From assembly GCA_951406725.2 (NCBI GenBank), contig OX597828.1, positions 60,822,001 through 60,886,000 of the forward strand: a stretch of DNA of 64,000 nt, written 5' to 3'. This DNA is from Octopus vulgaris (Eukaryota). Shown piece by piece: positions 11,013-24,924 of this stretch. The number at the start of each line of letters is the position of its first letter. Within the stretch, counting starts at the first letter, position 1. The position numbers and the translations under genes were made by a program. The notes beneath the pieces were generated by a model. That model did no database searches and was not told where the DNA came from. It saw only the letters and a program-made list of their open reading frames with translations.

Positions 11013-11180
11013 CAAAGGACCACTGATGCGGTCGCAGGAGTGTGACGAAAGAACTCTGGCCGAAATAAGATTAAGATTAATGTAAAAAATAAATGACACT
11101 GAAGCAAAGTAACACCAAATATATAGTGTGTGTGATTTTATTGGCTAAACTGGCAAAATGACCATTCCGAAATACAACAA
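11013..11180 (+). repeat. Second copy of the 165-bp repeat, hammerhead-like motif at 11017-11061
   Basis: ggacca|CTGATGCG|gtcgca-ggag-tgtgac|GAAA|gaac|TC|tggcc; the stem II change A>G keeps pairing as G-U. Confidence 0.75.
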
Positions 11181-11195
11181 TATATATATATATAT

Positions 11196-11423
11196 GGCGA
11201 GCTGGCAGAAACGTTAGCACGCCGGGCGAAATGCGTAGCCGTATTTCGTCTGCCGTTACGTTCTGAGTTCAAATTCCGCCGAGGTCGTCTTTGCCTTTCA
11301 TCCTTTCGGGGTCGATAAATTAAGTACCAGTTACGCACTGGGGTCGATGTAATCGACTTAATCCGTTTGTCTGTCCTTGTTTGTCCCCTCTGTGTTTGGC
11401 CCCTTGTGGGTAGTAAAGAAATA
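11196..11423 (+). mobile_element. Octopus OK-type tRNA-derived SINE
   Basis: Head ggcgagctggcagaaacgttagc, B-box-like gagttcaaattcc, body gtcgataaattaagtaccagttacgcactgg, tail ...gtaaagaaata. Confidence 0.85.
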
Positions 11424-11539
11424 TATATATATATGGATTGATGGAGTTCGGCATTTTTGGTGTGGGTGTCGGTGGGTCCGCGGGCGCGCGCGCGCAGGGT
11501 TTGGCGCGCGCCTGGAGTAAGGCCTAGGGTGCCATATGC

Positions 11540-11544
11540 GTGCG

Positions 11545-11577
<33 letters not shown>

Positions 11578-13925
11578 GTGTGTGTGTTAGCGTGTGTGTG
11601 TTGTGTGTGTATACATACATACACACATACATGCATGCATGCGCGTGCGCACACATACATACCTACATACATACACGCACAAACACTTACACACATACAC
11701 ACATACATACACACATACACACACATACATACCTACACACATACACACTTACACCCACACATACACACACACATACATACATACACAAGACATACATACA
11801 TACAGATATACACCCATACATACACACACATATACATACATACATGCACACACACATACATACATACATTATGCCCATACAACTCCAGAGGAAACCCCAC
11901 GCACACACGCATACATTCACACACACACACACATACGTACACACACATACATACATACATTCACACTTTCATTCATACTTTCATTCATACATACATACAT
12001 ACATACATACATACACACACAAACATACACATACACACACACATACATACATACACACATACATACACACATATATACACACACGCATACACACATACAT
12101 ACACACACACATACTTACACACACATACATACACACACACATATCCGCACATACACATATACATACACACATGCATACACACACACATACATACGCACAT
12201 ACATGCATACATACATACACACACATACACACATATACGCATGCACACATACATACACGCATACACACACATACATACCTATACACATACACACATACAC
12301 ACACACATACACACACATACATACATACACAAGACATGCATACATACAGACATACACCCATACACTCACACATACATACACACACACACACACATACACA
12401 TACACACGCACACATACACACACACACGCGCATACATACATACATTACGCCCACACAACTCCAGAGGAAACCCCACGCACTCACGCATACATTCACTCAC
12501 ACACACACATACGTACATACACATACATACATACATTCATACTTTCATTCATACATACATACACACACACACAAACATACACATACACACACATACATAC
12601 ACACATACATATATACACACACGCATACACACACATACATACACACACACATACATACACACACACATACACACACATATACGCACATACACATATACAT
12701 ACACACATGCATACACACACATACATACGCACATGCATGCATACATACATACACACACACACATACACACATACACGCATGCACACATACATACAAACAC
12801 ACAGACATACACGCATGCACACATACATACATACACACACATACATACATACATACACACACACACTTACACACATACACACATACATATACACATACAC
12901 ACATACACACACACATACATACATACATGCACACATACATACACGCACGCACACATACACACATACACATATACACACACATACTTACATACACTCATAC
13001 GGACATACATATACACAGACATACACACATACACACTCAAACATACATACATACATACATACACACACACATACCTACATACACACTCGCATGCACACGC
13101 ACACACATGCATGCCCGCGCGCACGCACACATACATACATGCAGGCACGCATGCCTGTGGGGTCTGGCTTTATTTCGGGCGTACGTCTGGGCGTGTGCGT
13201 GTGTGCCTGTAGATTCGCATGCGCCCGCACCGCGAGAGTTTTTTTCCATCAATCTTTCAGTTGCGAAGTGTGTCCTTGCATGCATATATATACACACATA
13301 TAAACACACATATAAACCCCTACATTTGTACACACACGCACATACATACATACATACATACATTCACTCCCACGCACGTACACACACATTTACATATATA
13401 TACAATACACGCACACACACATACACACGTACAATCACACTAATTCACATACACACCGACACATATACATACACACAACATATACCTCCACGCGCACGCA
13501 CACATACACATACGTACACACATATAACCACAGACACACACATACATACGCACACCAAAACATGCGCACACATACGCACGCACACGCGCAAAAAGAAACT
13601 CACAACCCCAAGGATACACGCATATACATCCATTTACGCTTACACACACACACACATACAAACGCACACACACACGCACACACAACTACACGTACATACA
13701 TACACAGGCACACGCACACACACACAAATGAACCCACACATACATACACGCACACAATCATACATACGTATATATACACTCACACGCACGTACAAGCACA
13801 CACGCACACATACACTAAGTTAAGCACAGTTACTCGCCATACACACAAGAAAACGCACACGTACACGCACACATACTACAACAAAACACAAACACGATAC
13901 ATATACACGCACACACACATACCTC
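11540..13925. repeat. 2.4-kb cryptic (CA/CATA)n low-complexity tract with an internal ~550-580-bp duplication and a unique island at 13130-13290
   Basis: Marker cattaygcccayacaactccagaggaaaccccacgcac occurs at 11867-11904 and 12443-12480. Confidence 0.85.
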
Positions 13926-14556
<631 letters not shown>

Positions 14557-14704
14557 ATATGTATGAATTATTGTCTATATGCTTGTACGTAGGTTTAATT
14601 ATGTCTGTTTATATGTTTATGTACATGTATAGGTGTATATATTTGCTTATGTATATATATATATAAATATACGTATACATATACATATATATATGTATAT
14701 GAAA

Positions 14705-14738
<34 letters not shown>

Positions 14739-14794
14739 ACTTGTACGCGTAGCTTGTTTCATATATATATTTATATTTTGAATGTACTTTATAA

Positions 14795-14912
14795 TCTCTG
14801 ACGAAGCCTATGGAAATATATAAGTACCTCATTTTAACTGCTTACAACCTCAATAAATAGATTTGTATGAGCTCAACAAATTACATTTTCCAAAGGCTGA
14901 AACAGCTGTAAG
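14795..14912 (+). ncRNA. Type I hammerhead motif with a long helix II (PLE-type)
   Basis: CTGACGA (14798-14804), stem agcct-a-tggaaa...tttcca-a-aggct, GAAA (14899), palindromic cagctg, TA. Helix I is weak. Confidence 0.65.
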
Positions 14913-15041
14913 TGAATTTAATGATTTCAATAATTTATATTAAGGTTTTTTTTAATTGTATTCTTATCTTATATGTATTGAATTTTAATGTATATATGTA
15001 TGTTATTATGGTTCTCGTTTTGTTAAATAAATAAGTCAACA

Positions 15042-15088
15042 TTCTAATATCCTAAATCAACTAAATTGTTTCTCAATTTTCTTATTTG

Positions 15089-15132
<44 letters not shown>

Positions 15133-15179
15133 CAAATAAGAAAATTGAGAAACAATTTAGTTGATTTAGGATATTAGAA
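15042..15179. repeat. Perfect 49-bp inverted repeat centred on (AT)n
   Basis: 15042-15090 is the reverse complement of 15131-15179, and the (AT)n spacer is itself self-complementary. Confidence 0.92.
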
Positions 15180-15819
15180 AGTTTTGTGAGTGGATATGGT
15201 AGACCGAAACTGAAAGAAGCCCGTCGTGTATATACAAAGACATGCAGGAAGTAAATAGACATCTTTAATTTTCAAATCTTTTATTTGATTGGTTGAAGGA
15301 GAGGTTTTCTTCTAGCTGCTCGTCCATAATACCCAAGCTTATGCAGATACGTAACACACGTTCTTGGATTAACTTCTAGCTGTTTTGCAATGTCAGAAGC
15401 CTTCGAACTGGATTCGTTTTCCACGTTTCTCTTCAAACAGCGAAGCTTCCTATCCGAAAGCTCAGGTCGGCCAGGACGAGAATCTGTTCATTCTTTTCCT
15501 TGGCTTTTGAATTATACTATAATTCTATTAACTGTAGCAAGAGGAATTTGAAGATTTTCGGCAATTTTTTACTGGCTAAGACCAGCCCCAGATTGCCCGA
15601 CAATACGACCTCTTTGAAAATATGACAGTTGTGGCACCTGGAATGAAAAAGAATAATTTCATTGTAAATTATATACCGCTGAAAACGCTAAGATAAGAAA
15701 TTTACTCCCTAGCGGTTCGGCAAAAGACACCGATAGAGTAAGTACTAAGCTTACAAAGAATACGTCCTGAGGTCTATTTGTTCGACTAAAGATGGAGCTC
15801 CAAGTAAAAGAATAAAAGA

Positions 15820-15822
<3 letters not shown>
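15180..15822 (+). mobile_element. OR-type SINE fragments (15180-15232; 15695-15822) separated by a Tc1-like N-terminal remnant on the minus strand (~15240-15650)
   Basis: gtgagtggat..ggtagaccgaaactgaaagaagcccgtcg and tagcggttcggcaaaagacaccgatag are OR-SINE blocks. The minus strand reads PQLSYFQRGRIVG..GLSQ..IAENLQIPLATVNRI..RPGRP. Confidence 0.55.
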
Positions 15823-15863
<41 letters not shown>

Positions 15864-16719
15864 ATATATATATATATATATACTCACACAGAGAGATATA
15901 GGTATGTATGTATGTATGTATGTATGTACGTACGTACGTATACACGTATGTATGTATTACGTAGGTACGTATGTACGTATGTATGTATGTATGTATGTAT
16001 GTATGTATGTATGTATGTATGTATGTATGTATGTATGTATGTATTCCTTCTTCCCTTCTTTCCTGAGCGTCCAATAATACTTTATTTGTTCCACGTCCTT
16101 GCGTTGTTGTCTTTTTGTTTTCTTGTTTGGATTATCTATGTATGTATGTATGTGTACATATGTGTGTGTGTGTGTGTGTGTGTATGTATCGTCAGCAAAT
16201 CATAAATCCGAAAGATAGGCACATTTTAAGTTATTAAGCAATACAGTAAATTAGATAAGGTAAATTAGATAAAGATAAAATTAGTAAAGATAGTTTATGA
16301 GGCTATGCAGTGCTTCATGTCCATAAGGTGATTGTCTTTAGAAGTGGCCTATAAGCTCTGTTCAAAGTGAAAGGAGAAAAGATCTAGTTGCTAGTTGTTG
16401 ACCACACAAGCAAAGGAGAGGAGTCAAGCGCAAGAGATTGTCTCACTTAGACCGCTAACCGTAATCGGTCTTGTTGGCTTGTAGGTCCCAGGACTTCAGT
16501 AGGAATCTCCTGAAGTGTAAGCAGGATCCAAAGACTTCCGTCCTAGAACTTCTACATATATGCCCTCCGCCATTAGAGACTGATGAGTCGCCTATAAAGC
16601 AAAGCGCTTTGTGGATGCGAAACCATTGGTCACTTTATGACCGGACATATATTCAACTGCATGTAAATATATATGTTTGTGTGTGTGTGTGTGTGTATTT
16701 TCACACACACATCATGATT

Positions 16720-19045
16720 TGTCAGACTCTAAAGCCGAAGACAAATGTAACTCTTGATCTCTGGGAGGCAAGAATCCGTTACGGTCAATTGGTTAGTAAG
16801 TCACAAAAGAATAAACACTCCGGCTCGGTGACGACGAGATATCGCCCTTTGAGCAGTTCATCTTGGCGAAAAGAGAGGGAACAGGGAATTTTGCCCTTGG
16901 GCTGCTTTTAGTTCGGGGACATTACGACATTGGTTATTCTACAAAGAATATTCCAACACCGTCGAATGAGGTCTATACGAAATGCTACCCGAGCATGAGG
17001 TGGCAGGCGTATTTCTACGACCAAAGCACGCCACCCTCCGAGGCCAATACGTACGAGATAAGGTCTATGAGGTTCTCACCCACGATCAATGAGCTCGAAG
17101 CCTTCGAAGCAGGCCCACTAGGCATTCAAGATTCAATACTCCAAGCTAAGATTCAGTACTCTCTCTTCTCCTTTCAAACGCAAACTTCGTACAGATATAC
17201 AACTAAAAAACTCCGACAGGTTCTTACTTTTCTCGGATAAGACAAAAAACATATATAGGATAGAGACACATTTACGATAGCCTTCGATGTGGTGATGGGA
17301 GCCTACGACAGCACCAACATATGTAATATCATTGGACTATACATCCTGAACGCCGTAGGGAAGACGTTCCCTTCATTCCTCTTCGGAATTGACACTGGAC
17401 GTCTCTAGAGGAGCCAACGGGCACACACTTAGTAGGCTTAGAAAGGACCCGATTAGCGCCTTAGGCTCCATAGAATTCAAAATTACTATCGAGACTAACC
17501 TCACCACCTAGACAGACCCTACCGCAAGCCAAACGTGAGGTTGTCCTACGTCAACACAGCCTCCTACCATCCCCTATCGTGTTCAAGATCCCAGTGAAGA
17601 GTGTCAACATGAGAATTTCGAATCTGTCCTCAAGTCAATAAATTTTCGGCATCCCTGTTCTCGACTACAACTAGGCATTGGCGTCCAGTGGGTTTAAGGA
17701 TCGCACCTCCTTAGGATCGCACATGCCAGGGCCTAGCACCCGCAAAAGAAAGAGACACCGGAACATCGGTTGATTTGCCCCACCCTTCTCGCTCAACGTC
17801 TTGTTTGAGAAGAATATTCCTTAGGTTAGTAGACAAACATTTCAAGCAGACACACAGGTCTCCATTAGTTGTGCATCCAACATGAAAAGTATATTCGCTA
17901 ACACCCAAAAAACGCTGGTGGAGGCCGGTTGCTCTTGCAGCGTGTACAATAACTGCCCAATGGAGGGGCTAATGCGAGGTCGAGGGAGTCATTTATGAGG
18001 CTGTAGTGATACCCATACCTAGCAACCACAGTAATAGCAGCAATGGATCATCCAACAGCCTCGACGGTAGTGGCAGCAGTGACAGTGACAGAAACGCCAG
18101 TACTGACGCCAGCGACCCCAGCATCAGTTGAAGATGACGACCACACCGACACCAGCAGCACCATCAGCGAGGCTACCGGCGGCCCCACGCTTAATATTAC
18201 CAATGACGGCACCCACATCACCATCGGCGACAGTAACGCCAACGCCACGGTCGGGTATGACTACCAAAACGACAACAGCTGCAGCGATATCGCCCGACCC
18301 ACATCTCATAATGATAACAGCACCGAATGTAGCCCCAGCAACAGCAGCGGCAACAACAACATCTCCATGTCAGGAGTCAACCGAAGATGCGCCAGAAATG
18401 TGAGCCCAACCAACACCCAAACCTGGAACTTTATCGGCTTTCAAGTGGCGTCTGTACAACCACAAGTCTTCTTTCAGGATTCTGGGAAGACGATTTGTCA
18501 CACCGCTGGTCAGCGACGGATAGCGCCTCAAAGATAAAAGGACCCCATACGATATCAATCGGGGGATCATAGAGCGGCCAAGGCTCTACATTAATGGAAA
18601 CGGACGCTACAAGCTTTGTATAGCTGAGCGAGCAAGAATCCTCAATGACTCCCTGAAACTCGGATCACTGAACACTCGCCAGGAAATTTACAGACCCTCA
18701 TCCATTTCGAACGCTACCTGCTTCAAGCACAGGATGCCCCGTTCTCCGTTTAGATCCGGAAAAGTCCTTACGAACTAAAAGCAGCCCAAGGGCAAAATTC
18801 CCCGTTCCCCCTCTTTTGGCGCAGATGATAACACGTCCTCGATAAGGGAGATAACTCATCCTCGCCGATCCAGAGTGTTCATCCTTCGATGACTTACTAA
18901 CCGTAACTGATCGTAACCGATTCCTGTCTCCCAGAAATGAAGAATTACATTTCCCTTGGTGTTAGAGTCTGAGGAGCCGTCCATGGGGTTAAGCCCTTTG
19001 TAGATGCGAAATTAGTAGTCACTCTATGACCGAACATAGACTTAA
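16720..19045 (+). mobile_element. Decayed Penelope-like retroelement (Naiad-type) with an inverted partial 5' pLTR and a 3' pLTR
   Basis: RT motif FDVVMGAYDSTNICNIIGLYIL (~17283); CSC..NNCPMEG; GVIYEA...FIG..FKWRLYNHKSSF; KLCIAERARIL..LNTRQEI. 16722-16915 is the reverse complement of 18771-18972. Confidence 0.8.
18964..19025 (+). ncRNA. Type I hammerhead ribozyme in the 3' pLTR
   Basis: agagt|CTGAGGA|gc...gc (imperfect helix II)|GAAA|ttagtag|TC|actct; 5-bp helix I. Confidence 0.72.
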
Positions 19046-19049
19046 CTAG

Positions 19050-19125
<76 letters not shown>

Positions 19126-19458
19126 ATATTGGATGAAACATAAACAATAGAGACTGGTAATAGGCTCGACCCGTATTATGAGGGAAAAGAGATAAAAAGA
19201 GTACTGTGAAATTGCTTTGGGGATGAGAGTTTTGGGACAGAATCTTTCTTTAGCGTTGTGATGACAGGAAGACAAATGAAGGACAACAGTTTTATAAGTT
19301 TTACATTTGAGCAACTGGCTTGTTTTATACGTATTTGAGACTTTGATTCCACCGCCAGAAATCTTTGATAAGTCTTTTTTTATCATAGCTTAGAGTTTAC
19401 TACGTGTTCATAGTGAAATTTTACAAACACATTCTGTGCACGCACGTGCGCGTACGTA

Positions 19459-19489
<31 letters not shown>

Positions 19490-19931
19490 TGTATGTATGT
19501 ATGTATGTATGTATGTATGTATGTATGTATGTATGTATGTATGTATGTATACCTGAATATAAACATAATGTACAAGAAAGCTCGCCTAAAAGCGAAACTA
19601 TCACTTCAAAAGAAATGTGATACTTAAATTGAATTCTGTATGGTTTCCTCAAAGAACTTCAAAGAAATATCCAACGTTTTCAGATTGCCTTGTACAAATA
19701 CACTTGCTTTTGGAAAATAGAACGGTCGGGGAATTGTAGTGTGCTATACTTGTAATAACTCTCAGAACCTGACCCAAATTCGCCTGCTGCGAATGTGTTT
19801 TAAGAATCTATGTTAGCGGTGGTTTACTTTGAATGGGCACATATACATAGCTACATACATACATACACACACACATACATACATACATACATACATACAG
19901 ACAGACAGACAGACAGATACAGATAAATGCG

Positions 19932-19996
<65 letters not shown>

Positions 19997-21132
19997 ACAC
20001 TCTTGCTGAGTATCCGATCCTTTTATTTATTTATTTATTTATTTATTTGCATTTTGCATATAAAAACAATGGAATATTCGGTAAAGAAAAAAATGGAACT
20101 TATATAATTTTTTTTCAAACCTCCCCTCCGATTTTGGCGAATGTTTCTTGTTTTTCTTCTTTTTGCACTGCACACTTAAAAACGATGGGAGAAGCCTTGA
20201 AGGATATCGGTGATTACGATTACAATTCTACTTCCTTCATTTAAAAAACAATAGTAAATATTTAAAAGAATTTCCATTAAAAATAAATATCTAGAATTTC
20301 GGCTTTTTTTCCGAAAATTCATTAATCATAGTTTTAAAATACGGGCAGTTCGAATCAACAGTTTGTTTCTCTTTATAATTTCAAAATAATGTTCAGACGA
20401 ACAGGTGATTTAAGGATGATTTAGCTATTTTTCTAGCCTATCCTACGACCACCTGGTACCTTTCTCGTTTCTTTGTCACTCTGACATGTATTATGTTTTT
20501 CGATATTTTTCTCCCCTAAACACATTTTATCGAATGATGATGCAGTGGTCAATTGCTGAGACTGATCATCAACAAAAACATTTGTTATTTAAATCTTTAA
20601 TACTATTAAAACATTATCTTTTAAATATCTTTGTCAAATATTTTGAAGTAAAAATTCTCAAATTTGGTTTATTGATGTACTTTTTCATGCTGAATCCGAA
20701 TTTGTGATTCTATTATTTCAAAAAGACTTTAGAAAAATGTCACAGAGGTTTAAAGTGTGATCATTTTTACCAAATCAAAAAACAGGATTGGTGCGTAATA
20801 GCTGTCATCAAATGAAAATAAACATTAGAAAGGGGTTTTAAACAAATTGAAACCTATGCGTGAGAATTAATTCATATACTGAGAGAGAGTATATCAAAAA
20901 GTATGGTAAATATATATAGTGAGATAGATTGTTGGTGATAGATAAAGAATGGGAGATCTAAATGGTAAGTTATTTCTCGGAGCAAATTATATCTTTTTAT
21001 TATTTATGAGCGATATTGTCTGAGGGATGCACATTTTGAAAATCAAATTAATTTTCCCCGAGGATGCACCGTTTCAGAGCCTTTATGGGCTAAATACACA
21101 TATATAACCAAATACACTCGCATTTATATAAC

Positions 21133-21171
<39 letters not shown>

Positions 21172-21240
21172 CATACATACACATACACACACATACATAC
21201 ATACATACATACATACATGCATACATACATACATACATAC

Positions 21241-21786
21241 ATGGTGGTGGCTGCCCCCCTCGTTATCGAGTATGGCCATTGCACGAAGCTTAATCAATGT
21301 TGTTATTGTGCAATGCCTGTGCAAGAAGATTTTTTTAAAGTGAGGAAAGGCTGTGTACTGAGTCAATCCCACTCACTAAGCAACAGCAGCCATAATCCGA
21401 AAAGAAGGACAAGTCAACATCATCGGTAACCACTGAGCCGCAGGTTTTATGTCGGAGTTATCCCAGTTACCTGAGTTACCTTCTCCTAGAAGGATGCCCG
21501 AACAAAGTCTAGGAGTCCCTCGCTCCAAATGGTTTAACCGTGCGATCGGGTATTCAGTCCGATTATTTCCTATGTCCCCGCGCATGATACAGCCTTAAGA
21601 CATTTATTGGATGGCCGTTGACTCTCAAGAGTTCCTCTGCCCTTTGACGGGTTTTGTTTTTCATCCCGCAGGGTGTCCAATAAACACCCTTCTCACCAAG
21701 CAAGCTTGGTGGGGTTGCCGGTTTAGTCGCCGACGACCATGCAACAGGTTGTACTGGGTTACATGTTACCAGTAGCACACGAAAGT
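21241..21786 (-). mobile_element. ~545-bp non-coding element, probably a bipartite RTE derivative (5' UTR plus 3' tail), inserted in (TACA)n
   Basis: RTE-5'UTR-like ctcctaga...tctaggagaaggtaactc; several hairpins (caccaagc-tt-gcttggtg; tactgg..ccagta; gggtgt..acaccc); no ORF; (TACA)n on both flanks. Confidence 0.5.
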
Positions 21787-21944
21787 ACATACATACATAC
21801 ATACATACATACATACATACATACATACATACATACATACATACATACATACATACATGCACATACGTGTGTATGTGTGTGTGTGTCGCTTCGCAACTAT
21901 GAGATCCGGTTTCGATCTTCATGCATGTCAATTTGAGCAAGTGC

Positions 21945-22600
21945 GTTTATAATAAGGTGCTAGTATAGTATGCGGTCTACCACGGTGTCAAAGATGTTGT
22001 CTACCTTATATTTCAGAGATCATTTTCTTCAAAATCATAGATTTTAGCATCTAACCATGATCACTCAATGGCTTGAGTGTGTGCTCCGGTCACTGGATCT
22101 ACATAATGTCGTTCATAGTTCACTGTCAGATGATGATAACCTATGACAGTTAAATTATTATAAGCGGACCACTCATCTGAATGATTTACTGAACCTTTTT
22201 CACATTTTGTCTCAATAACTGAGACCAGACCGTTCCAATCACGCCGCCGTTCCTCACAGAAGTATCGACAGTCTGAGCCTTGTCTGAGACCAAAAACTCA
22301 CGTTTTGGCGTTTCAGTCGAGTGTATTGGCATTGATGTGGCAACATCTGAAATGTTGTCGGGTATATGTTGGCTGATGAAGATAAATCAAGTATATGTGT
22401 GCAGACATAACTTGAAAAATCTGAAACCGGTCCCACATTATCCCTATCTAGGTATTTCATCTTTCAGATGTTCTCCCTGGAGGTAAGACAATTTTTTTCA
22501 AGTTTGTTGCACACACGCATTTTTGCTAGTACATACGCGGTGAAGCTATACATTAGCGTCGTATTTATTATGTTCGCTATTTTCCAGTAAATATTGGTAC
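21945..22600 (-). mobile_element. Merlin (IS1016/ISXO2-like) transposon remnant
   Basis: Minus strand ~22310-22030 reads VFGL...EKGSVNHSDEWSAYNNLTVIGYHHLTVNYERHYVDPVTGAHTQAIE*SW. Confidence 0.75.
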
Positions 22601-22861
22601 ATATATACATATATACAAGATAAGAAAATGGAGAAATACATCTAAATCAAATATCAATTACCAGATATTACTCAATCACATACTTTATTAAACCACCACA
22701 TAAGAGACTCTAGGGTTAGATATAAAAAGCAGAACAAATCAGTGTACATAAAGGAATGTACATAAAAAAGTGTACATAAAAAAGTAATGTTGTATAATAA
22801 GTAGAATATATATAAAAGAGAATATAAATATAAGTAAATATAAATATAAGTATAGATTACT

Positions 22862-22986
22862 TCTTACAGCTGTTTCGGCCATGTAGATAAGTATGTCTCA
22901 TTTTACCAATATTAGCCCTTTATGGTAGGTCAATATATAGATATAAATGAGACATTTACAAAAATATCATAAGGCCTCTTCGGAGA
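22862..22986 (-). ncRNA. Hammerhead-like motif (CCGAAGA core, long helix II) in a PLE pLTR remnant
   Basis: Minus strand: tct|CCGAAGA|ggcc...ggcc|GAAA|cagctg|TA|aga, with an internal atgtctcattt/aaatgagacat stem. Confidence 0.6.
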
Positions 22987-23117
22987 TTATGTAATATAAA
23001 TCGTTCTACATATATACCCACATGGGTGTGGGTGCATACCCATAATACAACATATACATATACATATGAGTGCATATACTCATCCCATGGAGGGTTGCAT
23101 TTACAACCCCTATCTCA

Positions 23118-23160
<43 letters not shown>

Positions 23161-23269
23161 CATACATACATACATACATACATACATACATACATACATA
23201 CATACATACATGTATGTATGCATATATAGATAGATAGGTAAGAGACAGATATTCTCTCGGTATGGAATA

Positions 23270-24890
23270 CACTTCGTATTGCTCAAGTGATTTAAACTAG
23301 AGTAAGTACAGGAGTAAATGTAAGATTAAGCAAGTTAGGGAAGCCAATATACAAAAAATATTAAATACATTTAGTACAAAAAATGTACACATGTTTACAC
23401 ATAAAATGTTCTGACTTATACAGAATAGAAATGATACCAGGAGTTAAAGGGGTTGAATAAGGGTTTTACGAGTCCAACAGCTGTTTCCTGGGTCCAACAG
23501 CTGTTTCCTGGTGATTCAAAATAATGTTTGTTAATTGATTCCATCATTGGATAATATCAGCCTCCGTCTTCAGGAAGAATTTTACATTTGTGGTGTTAAC
23601 AGAAAGGAGATTAAAGAGGGGGGTGTTATGGTATGGAGAGGGGTATGAAATTGAATAAGAGTATGTGAATAGGGAGGGGCTAGAGAGAGATTCGTTAGTT
23701 TTCAAAGGAGTGGGGTAGTGCGAAGTACTTTTTGAAAGTGGGGAGGGTGGGGAGTCTAAGAGGGAAGTGGAAAGTAGTGGAATTGAAGAATTTGGAAGAA
23801 ATTGGAAATGTGTGCATGGGAAAGAATAAGAGTGGGGTAGTATTTTTTAAGTAGTAGGTTTCTAGGTTGACTTTGTCTAAGTTTAAGGGTATTTCGGGTA
23901 TGGATACTTATTAAGGGATTACATAGATTTAGCAAAGTGCATGAAGGATGAGTAAACCTGTGTTTACAAGAATGAATTACATCACAGGGTCTATTAAGAA
24001 ATGAAGAGTTATGAAGGCGAAGAATGGTCAAGTATTCTTTTAGACATAACTTACACTTGCCGATGTTTGCATTGTATGGGGGAGCATCGCTTAGTATAGA
24101 GCAGGATAGGGTGTATGGAATATTTTAAGATTTAAGGTTGTGTATATACGTTGCTAAGGAGATTGATAATTTAGAATTTGGATTGGAAAAAAAGTTCATG
24201 TGTGCACGGTAACGGCACCTGAAATCTAAGATGCTATTGATACATACCCTTGCTTGGTGGGGAGCGTGGTGTTACAACACGGCACTTGTAGACTACATTT
24301 TTACATAAACAGGAGGGTATATTTATATTTAAAGAGGGTATAGTTGAGAAACCCGACAATTGCAAGTTCTCCTACCTGCTCCCTGGTTGGAGTTTACTAC
24401 TAGTGAGGTTGAGCTCCGTTGGTTCATTGTTAGTGGGGAAAACCTGAAGTGAAATCTGTATTTGTACTGGATTGGGAGGTGATATTGCAGCTAGTATTTG
24501 TTGTGGCGTAGGTAGGATTGTGGGATGATGGTTTGAGTCTGGTATTATTTAATTGAGTGGGGTTACGAAGGGTTGCGTTATTGCTACTATGTGGGTTAAT
24601 TTGAGGTGTAATATGAGAGTTTAGGTGTTCCGAGGACTGGTGTTGGAGTTTGCGTTTGTTCGAGGAGGCGATTATGAATCCCAAATTAGGTGTTCTGGAG
24701 TAAGAGACTTTCGCAGAGGATTTGTTAAAGATGGGTTAATATTTATGCCGTTGTGGAAAATTAGATTTTACGATTTTAAAGAAGAGTTTAGGTAGAGATT
24801 TAACTTGGAGAGAGAAAAGTGGTACGAACCATAAAATTTCCCACTTCCTGACCTTAGATTGTTTAGAGTGTGTGGTTGTAGTGGGTTGAT
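23270..24890 (-). mobile_element. 5'-truncated Penelope-like element (RT C-terminus, GIY-YIG endonuclease, pLTR)
   Basis: Minus strand reads KVSYSRTPNL.., TCNCR, NVVYKC, GKCKLCLKEYLTIL..FLNRPCDVIHSCKHR. A degenerate hammerhead at 23492-23576 has its GAAAcagctgTT end duplicated (20 bp). Confidence 0.8.
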
Positions 24891-24924
24891 CAGGAAGGCG
24901 GGGGAGGCCAAAAATGAGAATTGC

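Noticed and set aside
11196-11285. tRNA gene
   Set aside because: The A/B-box head is followed by SINE body and tail, and multiple dispersed copies exist; no complete cloverleaf.
11457-13823. 788-aa His/Thr-rich ORF and the many HT-, YI- and CV-repeat ORFs across the window
   Set aside because: They are translations of CA/TA microsatellites that lack stop codons, are open in several frames and show no domain content.
16580-16625. CTGATGAG hammerhead core
   Set aside because: I could not pair helices I-III around a matching GAAA and NUH site.
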